A DNA stretch of 56,562 nt from a virus (Duplodnaviria; Caudoviricetes), in IMG/VR virus record IMGVR_UViG_3300028802_000016, positions 1 to 56,562 of that record. One strand, written 5' to 3'. Shown piece by piece: positions 44,973-55,284 of this stretch. The translations under genes were made by a program, and so were the position numbers. The first letter of the stretch is position 1, and the number at the start of each line of letters is the position of its first letter. The notes beneath the pieces were generated by a model. The model was not told the DNA's origin. It worked only from the letters and a program-made list of their open reading frames with translations, and ran no database searches.

Positions 44973-45531
44973 CGCCCTCGCCGCCCTCAAGATCTGGGGG
45001 CTCGACGTCGAGCTGGCCGGGGAGACCTTCGAGGTCCCGCCCCGGCCAGCAGTCGAATGGTTCCTGGCCATCCTCGACGAGGACGTGCCGCTGCCCCTGA
45101 TCCCTGGACTCATGGCCGACGCCGCCGAGGAGCGGATCGCCGACATGCTGCTGGACGGGGTGATCGACACCGACCTCATCATCACCCGATCGCGGGAGCT
45201 GCTGTCGGCGGCGGCCGGGCGGCCGTGGTGGGAGGCGGACCGGCTCATCCGCTCGTCCGGCGCGTCGTGGCACATCATCGGCGGGGAGCTGACCCGCCTC
45301 GGGGTGGACCTGGAGAAGGTCAGCCTCGCGGCGGCCCTGAACGCCATCTACGTGATCTGCGTGCGGACGATGGACGAGAAGGAGCGCAACAAGTTCGACA
45401 TCGATCTGCGGCTGCCCCCGATCGGGGTGGATGGGGTGAAGCCGGAGGATATGTACGACCAGGTGGCGGCCGAGTCGGCGTTCACGGCCCTGATGGGCCA
45501 GTCGCGTCCACCTGACCCCGTAGGATCCTGA
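44959..45531 (+). CDS. Second tail assembly chaperone (putative)
   Basis: Directly before the tape measure; AAGRPWWEA.RL...KFDIDL.LPP. Confidence 0.6.
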   Translation: MPGADALAALKIWGLDVELAGETFEVPPRPAVEWFLAILDEDVPLPLIPGLMADAAEERIADMLLDGVIDTDLIITRSRELLSAAAGRPWWEADRLIRSSGASWHIIGGELTRLGVDLEKVSLAAALNAIYVICVRTMDEKERNKFDIDLRLPPIGVDGVKPEDMYDQVAAESAFTALMGQSRPPDPVGS

Positions 45532-45533
45532 CC

Positions 45534-47942
45534 ATGGCAGGGGTTCTGGGGCGCGCGTTCGTTGAGGTCATGGCGGACCTGTCCAAGTTTTCGCCCGGCC
45601 TGCGGCAGAAGATCAAGGCGGCCATCGACGAGCAGACGAAGGGCGTCCGCTTCGACGAGCTGGACAAGGCGGCGAACGAGGGCGGCAAGCGGGCGGCGGA
45701 CGAGCTGGCCAAGGGCGTCGACTCCAAGATCGACACGAACATGCAGCGGTCCGGCCGCCGGGGCGGCAGCTCCCTCTCCAAGGGTCTGCTCGCCGGATTC
45801 TCGGCCGCGTCAGCGCTGGTCTTCCCGGCGCTGATCGCCTTCGCCGTCGAGCTGGTCGCTGTCCTCGCACCGGCCGCCACCGCACTGGCCGCCACCCTGC
45901 CCGCCGCGATCTTCACGCTGATCGGCGCTGTCGGCGCGCTGATGCTCGCCACCCACGGCGTCGGCGACGCGTTGAAAAACGCCTTCGACCCGGCCAAAGC
46001 TGAACAGTTCAACGCCGCCATGAAGAAGCTTGCGCCGTCGGCGAGAGACTTCGTGCGGGAGGTGCAGGGGCTGCATCCGGCGTTCCATCAGCTTCAGCAG
46101 GACGTCCAGCAGGTCTTCTTCAACCAGCTCGAAGGTACCCTGACCCGGGTCGGCCGGGCCCTGCTGCCGACGCTGCACCGGGGCTTCATCTCACTGGCCG
46201 TCGACATCGGCAAAATGTCGGACAACTTCCTCAGCGCGTTCGGATCGGGCCGATCACAGACGAAGATCGCGGAGATCTTCATCGCCGCGCATGAGGCGAT
46301 CAAGCCGTTCGTGCCGGTACTCGGCCACCTCGTCGGCGCGTTCCTGGCCCTCGGGGCGGCGGCCGGGCCGATGCTGGCCACTCTGTCGGGCGGGCTCGCC
46401 CATGCGCTCCAGCTCTTCTCCTCGTTCATCAATCAGGCGGCGGACTCGGGCGCCCTGACGCAGTTCTTCGACGATGCGCTGGTGGTGTTGCAGGCGCTCG
46501 GCGGTCTTCTCGGCAACGTTTTTGATCTTTTCACCGCGCTGATCACCGCCCTCCAGGGCTCCGGCGCCCAGGCCCTCGGCTTCATCTCCGCCCTCATCGG
46601 CGAGCTGGCGGCCTTCTTCGCCAGCGCCCAGGGCCAGCAGATGCTGGTCGACGTCTTCACCCTGCTCAACGTCGCCTTGTCCTCGATGCAGCAGATCCTC
46701 ACCCCGCTGCTCCCGGCCATCGGCAGCCTGGTCTCCGCCCTCGCGGGTGGCCTCACCGACGCCGTGGTGACGCTGACCCCGTACCTGGTGACGATCGCCG
46801 AGTGGCTGGGCAAGCACCCTGACCTGCTCAAGGCGGCGGCTGCGGCGTGGCTGGTCTACCGGGCGGCCCTGGTCGCCGTGGCCGTCTACGAAGCGATCGT
46901 GGACGCCCTCAACCCGGTCGGCTGGATCATCCTGGCCATCGCCGCCATCGCCGCCGGGGCGTACCTGATCTACAAGAACTGGGACGCGGTCACCCGGGCC
47001 CTCTCCTCCGCCTGGGAAGCGATCCAGGGCTTCTTCAAGGGCATCTGGAGTTGGATCCAGGGGGTCGGCGCGGCGATCGGGAACTGGTTCACCGTCACCC
47101 TGCCGAACTTCTTCGCCAGCATCCCCGGCAAGATCTGGGCCGCGCTTCAGGCGCTGCCGGGCCTGCTCGGGCAGCTCTTCCTGGGCGCCCTGCACGCGGC
47201 AGGCGAAGCGATCGGCATCGGTATCGGCCTGATCCTCGCGCTGTGGATCAAGGTGCCGATGCTGATCTGGGAAGCGCTCCAGAAGATCCCGGGCCTGATC
47301 GCCAGCCTGTGGCACGCGGCCATCGAGGTCGGCGCGAACATCGTCCGGACGGGCATCGCCGCGATCGTCTACATCTTCACCGTGCTGCCCGGCAAGATCG
47401 GCGGCTTCATGATGCGGCTCCCCGGCATCATCGGCGGCGCGTTCCGGGACGCCTGGAACTGGGCGAAGCGCGAGGTCGTCTCGGGCGCGAACAGCGTGAT
47501 CGACTTCGTGAGCAACCTGCCCCGGCGGATCGGCGGCTTCTTCAACAACGTCGGGCACGCCATCCTCGGCGGCCTCAAGGCCGGGATCAACGCCGTGATC
47601 GGCGGCTTCAACTCCGGCATCGACAAGGTCGCGAGCGTCGTTCACATCGGGCTGCCGCACATCCCGAAGCTCGCCTCCGGCGGCCTGATCAACGCCCCCA
47701 CCCTCGCGGTCGTCGGCGAAGCCGGGCCCGAGGCGGTCATCCCGATGAGCGACCCCTCGCAGGCGGCGGCCGTGGCCAGGAAGACGGGCCTGCTCGACAT
47801 CCTCGGCAGCCGCATGAGCAACGCGGGCACCACGCTGGTCAAGGTCTACCTGGGCACCCGGGAGATCACGGATATTCTCAACACGCAGATCGACAAGAAG
47901 CTGAACGACCAGGCCAACGAGCTTGCCTACGGGACGAGGTGA
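45534..47942 (+). CDS. Tape measure protein
   Basis: 802 aa, amphipathic Ala/Gly-rich, YKNWD, LASGG...VGEAGPEAVIP. Confidence 0.93.
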   Translation: MAGVLGRAFVEVMADLSKFSPGLRQKIKAAIDEQTKGVRFDELDKAANEGGKRAADELAKGVDSKIDTNMQRSGRRGGSSLSKGLLAGFSAASALVFPALIAFAVELVAVLAPAATALAATLPAAIFTLIGAVGALMLATHGVGDALKNAFDPAKAEQFNAAMKKLAPSARDFVREVQGLHPAFHQLQQDVQQVFFNQLEGTLTRVGRALLPTLHRGFISLAVDIGKMSDNFLSAFGSGRSQTKIAEIFIAAHEAIKPFVPVLGHLVGAFLALGAAAGPMLATLSGGLAHALQLFSSFINQAADSGALTQFFDDALVVLQALGGLLGNVFDLFTALITALQGSGAQALGFISALIGELAAFFASAQGQQMLVDVFTLLNVALSSMQQILTPLLPAIGSLVSALAGGLTDAVVTLTPYLVTIAEWLGKHPDLLKAAAAAWLVYRAALVAVAVYEAIVDALNPVGWIILAIAAIAAGAYLIYKNWDAVTRALSSAWEAIQGFFKGIWSWIQGVGAAIGNWFTVTLPNFFASIPGKIWAALQALPGLLGQLFLGALHAAGEAIGIGIGLILALWIKVPMLIWEALQKIPGLIASLWHAAIEVGANIVRTGIAAIVYIFTVLPGKIGGFMMRLPGIIGGAFRDAWNWAKREVVSGANSVIDFVSNLPRRIGGFFNNVGHAILGGLKAGINAVIGGFNSGIDKVASVVHIGLPHIPKLASGGLINAPTLAVVGEAGPEAVIPMSDPSQAAAVARKTGLLDILGSRMSNAGTTLVKVYLGTREITDILNTQIDKKLNDQANELAYGTR

Positions 47943-47945
47943 CGG

Positions 47946-49238
47946 ATGTCCACCCTCACCGCGACCGCCGACAACGCGAAGTCGCAGATCCGCCTCGACC
48001 TCGACTTCTCCGACATCGACGCCCCGTACGCCCTCGTCAACCGGGTCGACCCGGTCACCGGTGCCACCACGCCGGTACGCGGGCACGGCGCGTCGATCAC
48101 CCACGGCGTCGTGGCGTACGCGCCCATGCAGGCCGGATACAAGGCGGTCCTCTACGACACCGAGGCACCGCTGGACGCCTCGGTCTACTACACGGCCACC
48201 GCACCGTCGGCCACCCTCAACGTCAACACGGACTTCTCCGGCGGCTACACCGACCCGTGGTACCCGACCGACCCGGCCGTCACGATCCGGCTCACCACCG
48301 ACACCTCCGGGGTGAACTACCTCAGCTTCTTCACGGGCGGCGCCACAGCGACCCCGACGGTCCGGGCCGAGGATGTCCCGGCCACGCCGGGGGCGACCGT
48401 CACCCTCACCGCGACGATGTCCTGCAACATCTCCAAGGGCGTCGGGCTCGGCTTCGACTTCCTGGACGCGACCGGCGCCATCCTGTCCAGCCCGACCTCC
48501 TTCGCCACCGTGCAGGCCGCGACCGTGGTCACCGCGTCCGGTACCGCCCCGGCGAACACGGTGGCCGTCCGGCCGTTCATGACGATGACGGGCACCCCGA
48601 CCGCGACCACCGTGGTCAGCGTCAATCCGGTCACGCTCACCAGCGTGGCAGGGTCGGCCACCTCGGGGCCGGTGTCGCTGCCATCGCAGGGCGCCTGCCG
48701 ATTCAAGGATCCGCTACGGCCCGGCAACAGCGTCCGCGTCGACTTCCTCTTCGACCCGAACCCGCTGTGCATCCCCTCCGAGGGGATCTTCTGGCAGAGC
48801 CTCGACACCGAGCAGCAGGCCGCCAACGCCGCCTCGTTCAACGTCAACAACCAGGCCGAGCCGGTGATCGTGTCGAAGGAGCGCAGCTCCCCCACCTCCA
48901 CGCTCACGCTGGTGTCGCGCACCTTCACCGACCGGGACCGGCTCATCACGCTGCTGGCGCCGGGATCGCCGCTGCTGTTCCAGGCCCCCGACGAATACGG
49001 TCTTCCCGACCGGTACCTGTCCGTCGGTGGCGACACGATCGCCCGGGTGCTGCCCGACCACCGCTTCCCGATCAGGGTGTTCTCGATGCCGCATTCGGTG
49101 TGCGCCGCGCCGGGCGGCCCGATGCAGGGCACCGTCGGCGCCCGCTGGTCGGACACCTGCAACCGGTACGCGACCTGGGCGGCCGTCAACGCTGCCGGGC
49201 TGACCTGGATCCAGGTTCTCGACGGGCTGGCGGGCTGA
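47946..49238 (+). CDS. Distal tail (Dit-like) protein with a carbohydrate-binding-like insertion
   Basis: First gene after the TMP; YDTEAPL..V.Y, FKDPLRP, Thr-rich insert. Confidence 0.7.
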   Translation: MSTLTATADNAKSQIRLDLDFSDIDAPYALVNRVDPVTGATTPVRGHGASITHGVVAYAPMQAGYKAVLYDTEAPLDASVYYTATAPSATLNVNTDFSGGYTDPWYPTDPAVTIRLTTDTSGVNYLSFFTGGATATPTVRAEDVPATPGATVTLTATMSCNISKGVGLGFDFLDATGAILSSPTSFATVQAATVVTASGTAPANTVAVRPFMTMTGTPTATTVVSVNPVTLTSVAGSATSGPVSLPSQGACRFKDPLRPGNSVRVDFLFDPNPLCIPSEGIFWQSLDTEQQAANAASFNVNNQAEPVIVSKERSSPTSTLTLVSRTFTDRDRLITLLAPGSPLLFQAPDEYGLPDRYLSVGGDTIARVLPDHRFPIRVFSMPHSVCAAPGGPMQGTVGARWSDTCNRYATWAAVNAAGLTWIQVLDGLAG

Positions 49239-50398
49239 TGGTCTGGGCCGGAGGTCTCGACGCGCAGTACCGCGATGCGCTGACGCGGCCGCACACCGTC
49301 TACAACCGGGTGGACGTCCTGGCCCGGGACGGCTCGGTCCTCTACTCCGGCGCCGTCGGCGAAGGGTTGCCGTTCATCGACGGCAGCGTGCGCGCCACCC
49401 TCAACAGCCGCGTAGCGCGTGTTCTGTCCATGACGGTGGACCGGTCCTGGTTCCCGCTGTTGCCGAGCGGAGCGATCGACACAGCGGGGCTGCTGACCCC
49501 GTTCGGCAACCGGCTCGCCGTCTACCGGGGGATCCGGTACGGAGATGACTCGGTCGTCTCGTTCCCGGTCTTCTACGGGCGCATCGAGCAGGTCCAGATG
49601 AACCGCACGGGCACCGTCAGCCTGTCGGCCAACGATCTTGCCGCTGACGTGGTTGACGCCCTCTTCGAGCGTCCCGAACCGTCGGTGCCCTCCAACACGA
49701 TCGGCGCCGAGTTCCGGCGGCTCGTGCTGGGTGCCGTCTCCGACGCCGTCTTCGGCACCTCCGACCTCACCGGCACGAAGATTGCCCCCATCACCTGGCA
49801 GAGCGACCGCGCGCAGGCCCTCGACGACATGTCAGCGACCGTCTCGATGCTCTGGTACCCGCTCGCTGACGGCTCGTTCGTGCAGCGGCTGACCCCCTGG
49901 ACCGCGCCGGGCCGGACCGCCGACGTCACGCTGGCCGACGGCACCGCCGCCGCGCCTGGCACGCAGAACGCCGTCGCCGACTGGACGATTACCGTGTCCC
50001 GTACCGGCGTCTACAACAGCGTGGTCTTCGCTGCCGAGCGGCAGGACGGCACCCCTCCCGTGTACGCCGTGGTCCGCGACCTCGACGCGAACAGCCCCAC
50101 CTACTACCTGGGCAACTTCGGGCGTAAGCCGCTGCTGATCCAGAACCAGGCAGCGCTGACGCAGTCGCAGTGCCTGTCCGCCGCCCGCAGCGCATTGCGG
50201 GCGGCCACCGCCATCACCCAGGTCTGGGATCCGGTGTCGATCGTCCCCGACGCCTCCCTGGAGCTGGGCGACCTGCTCGCCATGCGCGCCGACGACGCTG
50301 CGAGCGCGCAGGTAATCTCCGGGTTCACCCTGCCGCTCCGCGAGACCGGAGATATGTCTTTGAGCCTTCGTGCGTACGCCCCGGTGACCACGTCGTGA
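49238..50398 (+). CDS. Baseplate hub / minor tail protein
   Basis: LLTPFGNRL.VYRG...R.GVYNSV...LELGD; synteny. Confidence 0.75.
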   Translation: MVWAGGLDAQYRDALTRPHTVYNRVDVLARDGSVLYSGAVGEGLPFIDGSVRATLNSRVARVLSMTVDRSWFPLLPSGAIDTAGLLTPFGNRLAVYRGIRYGDDSVVSFPVFYGRIEQVQMNRTGTVSLSANDLAADVVDALFERPEPSVPSNTIGAEFRRLVLGAVSDAVFGTSDLTGTKIAPITWQSDRAQALDDMSATVSMLWYPLADGSFVQRLTPWTAPGRTADVTLADGTAAAPGTQNAVADWTITVSRTGVYNSVVFAAERQDGTPPVYAVVRDLDANSPTYYLGNFGRKPLLIQNQAALTQSQCLSAARSALRAATAITQVWDPVSIVPDASLELGDLLAMRADDAASAQVISGFTLPLRETGDMSLSLRAYAPVTTS

Positions 50399-50952
50399 CC
50401 ACGAAGCTGGCGCACCAGACGCAGAAGACGGCCGGGATCGGCAACGGCATGCGTACCGCCACCGTCGCGGCCGTCAGCGGCAGCGACCTCACCATCTCCG
50501 TGGCGGGCGGCCAGTTCACCGAGGGGGTCGGCGTGGTCACCTCGTACACGCCGATCGTCGGGGACACGGTTGCCGTGTTCCGGCAGGACTCCTCCTGGCT
50601 GGTCCTCGGGCCGGTGTCGGCCGTGAACGGCTGGACCCTGTTCGCCGACCTGGGCTACCAGAACGGCTGGACGGACCGGGGAACCGGCTACCCGTTCGGG
50701 GCGTACCGGCGCATCGCCTCCGGCGTGCAGCTCATCGGCCAGATCACCAACGCCGCCGTGCAGGGTGCGGGGGCCATCATCGTGACGGGCGTACCGGCGC
50801 CTCCCGGCGAGGTCGGCGGCATGATCGCGGAGCAGGGCACGTCCCGGCCGAGCCTGCACGTGGACGCCGCCGGGGCGCTGCGGATCTACAACTCCTCCAC
50901 CACGGGCATCATGCAGTTCTGCTGCACCTACCCGCTCGACTTCGCGGCATGA
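50395..50952 (+). CDS. Minor tail protein
   Basis: OB-like N-terminus SYTPIVGDTV...WLVLG; fibre-like C-terminus. Confidence 0.7.
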   Translation: MTTKLAHQTQKTAGIGNGMRTATVAAVSGSDLTISVAGGQFTEGVGVVTSYTPIVGDTVAVFRQDSSWLVLGPVSAVNGWTLFADLGYQNGWTDRGTGYPFGAYRRIASGVQLIGQITNAAVQGAGAIIVTGVPAPPGEVGGMIAEQGTSRPSLHVDAAGALRIYNSSTTGIMQFCCTYPLDFAA

Positions 50953-50962
50953 GGGGGCAGCG

Positions 50963-52183
50963 ATGACCATCGTCACCGGCTACGCCGACACGTTCGGCCG
51001 GACCGTCGCCAGCGGTCTCGGGTCGGCCACCTCGGGGCAGGCTTACACGCTGTTCGGCGCAGCCGCGCAGTTCTCCGTGACGCCCAGCACCGCCACCATC
51101 GCGCCCTCCTCCAGCGGCGACAAGTTCGGGTACGTCGACAACCGGACCCAGGACCTGGACATCACCGGGCAGGTGGCGCTCACCGCGATCCCGGCCACCA
51201 ACCTCGCCACCGTCGGTTTCGTCGGCAAGCTGCCCACCGTCAGCAACTACTTCGTCGGCTCGATGATGGTCGCCACGGGCGGCGCGATCTCGCTGCGTTT
51301 CTCGAAGGTCGTCTCCGGCTCCCTGGTGACCATCTCGACGACCGCCACCGGGCTGACGTACGTGGCGAACACCTTCTACAACCTGCGGTACCGGATCTTC
51401 TGGTCCCAGGCGCTCCAGACGAACGTCATGCAGCTCAAGCTGTGGGCGCTCAACACCACCCAGCCCGGCGGATGGATGGCCACAGCGACCGATCCGAGCC
51501 TCACCCAGTACACGGCAGGCACGCAGGTCGGCATCCACACCCGGGACGAGTCCTCGGTCATCGGTGCCGTGGCCGCCAAGTTCCAGAACGTCGCGTCGCT
51601 GACGTACAGCCTGCCGCTGCCCGCCTCGACGGACCCGATGTGTTACGACCCGGCCATCGCGTACCCGAAGCAGACGTCCCTGGAGTCCCTGGCCGACGCC
51701 GCCGACACGGCGCTGGCCGCCCTCGACCCGCTCGCCGCGCTGGCCGGACTGTTCCCGCGCGTGCGCGTCAGCAACACCAACCTGGCGATCACCGGGCTGA
51801 ACACGGTCACGTACAACGCGACGGAGTTCAACGTGGGCACGCCGACCAATCTCGGCTACGACCCGCAGGGCATCTATCTTCCGGTGGGTATCTGGCTGGC
51901 CACGTACGAAATTCAGCTCACGGAGGCGGCCAGCGATTACCTGCTGGTGAACTTCAATGCCGACTCGGCGGGCGGCAGCGTATTCATGGATATGCGCTCG
52001 AATCCGTCGCAGAGCAATGACCAGGGGGTCGGCGGTACGGGCCATATGTCGAAGCTGGTCATCGTCACCAATCCGGCCGTTGCTCAGAAAGTGTCGGTCA
52101 CGCTCACCCCCAATTCGGCGACCGCGTACACCGCGACCTATACGGCCCTGTCCGCCATCAAGATTTCGGACTATTTCGCATGA
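50963..52183 (+). CDS. Minor tail or receptor-binding protein
   Basis: DTFGRTVASGLG N-terminus, beta-rich. Confidence 0.7.
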   Translation: MTIVTGYADTFGRTVASGLGSATSGQAYTLFGAAAQFSVTPSTATIAPSSSGDKFGYVDNRTQDLDITGQVALTAIPATNLATVGFVGKLPTVSNYFVGSMMVATGGAISLRFSKVVSGSLVTISTTATGLTYVANTFYNLRYRIFWSQALQTNVMQLKLWALNTTQPGGWMATATDPSLTQYTAGTQVGIHTRDESSVIGAVAAKFQNVASLTYSLPLPASTDPMCYDPAIAYPKQTSLESLADAADTALAALDPLAALAGLFPRVRVSNTNLAITGLNTVTYNATEFNVGTPTNLGYDPQGIYLPVGIWLATYEIQLTEAASDYLLVNFNADSAGGSVFMDMRSNPSQSNDQGVGGTGHMSKLVIVTNPAVAQKVSVTLTPNSATAYTATYTALSAIKISDYFA

Positions 52184-52776
52184 GCGGAAACACCGTAAAC
52201 AAGGGATTCCCGTATCCCCTCACGCCGGATTTCGCGGACGTGCAGGACGCCTACCGCCTGGCCACGGCGGTCGACGAGGCTGTGCGTGCCGAGCAGGCGC
52301 CGTTCCGCTCGTTCCTGTCGCGGCCGTCGTGGCTGGTGCGGCAGACCGTCAACGGCAGCGGCTTCCTGTCGGGTACCTCCTCGTTCAACTCGGGGGCCAT
52401 CGACTGGGACAACACGGGCGGCTGGACGCTGGGCACGAGCGGGTGGCAGCAGCCGGTCAGCCAGCCTCCGTCGTGGTGGATGTTCGGTTGCACGCTGCTG
52501 ACCACTCCCATCTCGGGTACGCCGGTCGTCGGCGACATGAACATGGCGCGGATCCGGGTCACCACCACCGACCAGGTCAGCGGCGTGGCTACCTCGACGA
52601 ACTACTACCAGCGCAACGACGAGACGAACACGGGCGGCGAGTGGATCAACCTGTTCACGATGGCGGCCGTCTACCGGGCGTCGGCCACCCTCGCCCTGAT
52701 CCTCAACGGCTCGACCTCCAAGGCGCTGGGCGCCGGTACGGCATTCTGGGGACTCTGCTTGGGACCGGTGACCTGA
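52180..52776 (+). CDS. Minor tail protein
   Basis: GFPYP...LATAVD N-terminal anchor. Confidence 0.65.
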   Translation: MSGNTVNKGFPYPLTPDFADVQDAYRLATAVDEAVRAEQAPFRSFLSRPSWLVRQTVNGSGFLSGTSSFNSGAIDWDNTGGWTLGTSGWQQPVSQPPSWWMFGCTLLTTPISGTPVVGDMNMARIRVTTTDQVSGVATSTNYYQRNDETNTGGEWINLFTMAAVYRASATLALILNGSTSKALGAGTAFWGLCLGPVT

Positions 52777-52777
52777 C

Positions 52778-53392
52778 ATGGTGATGCGCAAGACCCCCTT
52801 CGAGCGGATCGACTACCCGTGGGCCAGCGACACCGTGTCGGTCGCCGATGTGCAGTCGATGGGCAACGACATCGACGCCGCACTGGTGGGCACCTCGAAG
52901 CTGGCCAGCGACTTCTCGCTGTTCGCCTCGGTGGTGGCGCGGCGCAACGCGGCGCAGAGCCTGACCAAGGCGACCCTGACGGCGATCACCTTCGACTCGG
53001 TGACGCACAACAACGGGGCCAACAGCCCGCTCGCGAATGGCGCCTGGTGGGCCGCTGGGGCACCGACCCGGCTGACCGCGCCGGTCGCGTGCCTGGTGTT
53101 CGCCTCCGCCGCCGCTGGTGTGAACCTCGGTTCCGCGCTGGGCGCGAGCGGCGTCATCGAGGTGACGGTGCGGCTCAACGGCAGCCAGCGGCAAGGCTCG
53201 AAATGGAATCCGCCGAGCGCGGTCACCGGTCAGCAATGGGCGTCGGCGCTGACGTTCTGGAAGCTGAATGCGGGCGATTTCATCGAGCTGATGATGTTCT
53301 GGAACGGTACGCCCGCCGGTCCTTTCAACACGGACACGGTGATCCCGCCGATGCTCAGTCTGTCGATGGTGGCGCTTCAGTCCGTGCCCTGA
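52778..53392 (+). CDS. Minor tail protein (C1q-like beta domain)
   Basis: YP..D...MGNDIDAAL anchor; ITFD...LNAGDFIEL. Confidence 0.65.
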   Translation: MVMRKTPFERIDYPWASDTVSVADVQSMGNDIDAALVGTSKLASDFSLFASVVARRNAAQSLTKATLTAITFDSVTHNNGANSPLANGAWWAAGAPTRLTAPVACLVFASAAAGVNLGSALGASGVIEVTVRLNGSQRQGSKWNPPSAVTGQQWASALTFWKLNAGDFIELMMFWNGTPAGPFNTDTVIPPMLSLSMVALQSVP

Positions 53393-53431
53393 TCTGTCAG
53401 TACGCCATGAAACAATGAACAAAGCGTACTG

Positions 53432-53761
53432 ATGGAACGGGGCAGCATGACCTTGGTGAACGCGCAGAATCTCCCGTGGTATCTGATCGGCATTCTGGTG
53501 ACTGCACTTACTGCGGTGTTTTATGCCATGTTGAGCGGGAAGATCCTGTCCAGCAAGGTGGCGGACTCGCTGCGGGAGAGCGCCGACAAGAGGGCCGAGG
53601 TCGCCGAGGCCGGGGTGGCGGCCAATACTAAGAGCGTCGAGTCGCTGGTGGACTCGGTGACGAAGCTCCTGATCCTTGCGGAGAACCAGGACAAGGTACT
53701 CAAGGCCCTGGGAGAAAGGGCTGGCCGGGGCAATGCTCAGAGACGAGGTGGTGCCTCGTGA
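53432..53761 (+). CDS. Membrane protein of the lysis cassette
   Basis: One TM helix plus coiled coil. Confidence 0.6.
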   Translation: MERGSMTLVNAQNLPWYLIGILVTALTAVFYAMLSGKILSSKVADSLRESADKRAEVAEAGVAANTKSVESLVDSVTKLLILAENQDKVLKALGERAGRGNAQRRGGAS

Positions 53762-53970
53762 CGTGGTGGCCGTGGCGCAGGAAGCTGGCGGAGTCGCAGG
53801 AGGCTGTCCGGGCAGCGGAGCAGCTCCGCGATCAGGCCGAGCAGCAGCAGCATCGCGCCGAGGAGCTGACCCCGCGCGTAGATGCCATCACGTCTTCCCT
53901 GCGGAAGCTGCGTGCCGACAACCATTTCGGCCCCATGATCGACGCAGCTCTCCGGGGCGGTAGCGAATGA
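53758..53970 (+). CDS. Small coiled-coil lysis-cassette protein
   Basis: MTWWPWRR...DNHFGPMI. Confidence 0.65.
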   Translation: MTWWPWRRKLAESQEAVRAAEQLRDQAEQQQHRAEELTPRVDAITSSLRKLRADNHFGPMIDAALRGGSE

Positions 53971-54305
53971 CACCTCAGACCCTTGGCACCATCGGGCTCT
54001 ACGCCTCGGCCGTCATCTCGACGGTCGGCTTCGTCGTCTTCGCGCTCACCGCGCGCTTCTGGCGCTCCCGGGGCGGCTGGCACGTGTTCTGGTACATGCT
54101 GATAGTCGCGTGGGTGCTGGACCTCAGCTCGGTGGCGCACCTGTTCGATCCGCCCTGGTTCGTGTGGCTGCGGGTGGCGACGTTCACCATCGGGATGCCG
54201 TTCGTGCTGGCGTGGCGTTCCTGGATCATTTTCGATCTTCAGTTGCGGCGCCGCACGATGGCGTACGGTGGGCGCAGACACCGCCCAGCAGCGGAGGAGG
54301 AGTAA
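53967..54305 (+). CDS. Putative holin (3 TM)
   Basis: Three TM helices, FWRSRGG; precedes the endolysin. Confidence 0.6.
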   Translation: MTPQTLGTIGLYASAVISTVGFVVFALTARFWRSRGGWHVFWYMLIVAWVLDLSSVAHLFDPPWFVWLRVATFTIGMPFVLAWRSWIIFDLQLRRRTMAYGGRRHRPAAEEE

Positions 54306-54313
54306 CACACCCC

Positions 54314-55033
54314 ATGGCTGAATGGATCTTGATCCCGTGCCTGCGGGCACTGTTCATGGAATTCGACCGGATCGCCCCGTCCCGCGACAAGGCTTCCGAC
54401 GGATCGATCGGCAACGGCGCCCACAGCAAGACGGTCTCCGACCACAATCCGGACGAGACCGGATCGGTGCCGATCCACGACGCGGACCACGTCAACGAGG
54501 TCCACGCGATCGACGTCGACAACAACCTGCGCGAGTCGGACCTGACCATGGAGAAGGTCGTCCAGTTCCTGCTCGGCCGCTGCCGGTCCGGCGCCGAGAA
54601 GCGGCTGCGCTACATCATCTACAACCGGCGCATCTGGTCGGCCTCGTCGAACTGGGTACAGAAGACGTACACCGGGGCATCGCCCCACACTGAACACGCG
54701 CACTTCAGTGCGAGCTACACGAGCGGACTCGAAGCCTCGACGGCTTCCTGGCATCTGGAGGACATCCCCGTGGCACTGACAGCAGCCGACCTGGCGAAGA
54801 TCACCGGCATCGTCAAGACGCAGACCGAGGCGGCCGTAGAGAAGATCGTGGCCACCACCAACGAGGGTGCGCCCGGCGACCGCGCGCTTCCGGAGTCGCC
54901 CGTCGGTCACGCCGCGAACGTGCAGCGGATGCCCGGCGCGCCGTTCTCGGACAAGCAGATGATGGTGTACGAGTACCTGGGCGCCATCGGCGCCGCCATC
55001 GATGAGCTGCGCAAGCTGGGCAGCTCGCGATGA
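54314..55033 (+). CDS. Endolysin, zinc peptidase (M15-like)
   Basis: RDKASDGSIG...SDHNPD...HAIDVD...YIIYNRRIW...HTEHAHFS. Confidence 0.8.
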   Translation: MAEWILIPCLRALFMEFDRIAPSRDKASDGSIGNGAHSKTVSDHNPDETGSVPIHDADHVNEVHAIDVDNNLRESDLTMEKVVQFLLGRCRSGAEKRLRYIIYNRRIWSASSNWVQKTYTGASPHTEHAHFSASYTSGLEASTASWHLEDIPVALTAADLAKITGIVKTQTEAAVEKIVATTNEGAPGDRALPESPVGHAANVQRMPGAPFSDKQMMVYEYLGAIGAAIDELRKLGSSR

Positions 55034-55284
55034 CCAACCCGTTCAAGACCGCGCCGGTCGCCACGCTGATCACCACCATGACGGCGCTGCTGGCCGTCCT
55101 CGTCTACCTCCAGGGGACCGGTCTGATCACCGGCCAGGCGGCCGTCTGGGTGGGCGTCGCCGTCGGCGTGCTTCAGGTGCTGCTCGGCCTGTACGCCCGA
55201 TCGAAGGCGACCCCGGTCGCGGACCCGAAGGACGACCTCGGCCGTCCGCTGGTCCCGGCGAAGCTCGTGCCGCCCGTCCGGTAA
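55030..55284 (+). CDS. Holin (2 TM)
   Basis: Two TM helices, RSKATPV; follows the endolysin. Confidence 0.7.
   Translation: MTNPFKTAPVATLITTMTALLAVLVYLQGTGLITGQAAVWVGVAVGVLQVLLGLYARSKATPVADPKDDLGRPLVPAKLVPPVR

Noticed and set aside
51860-53530. Lower-GC patches in the distal tail genes as a distinct mobile element
   Set aside because: No boundaries or mobility genes; consistent with ordinary receptor-binding module exchange and not quantified.
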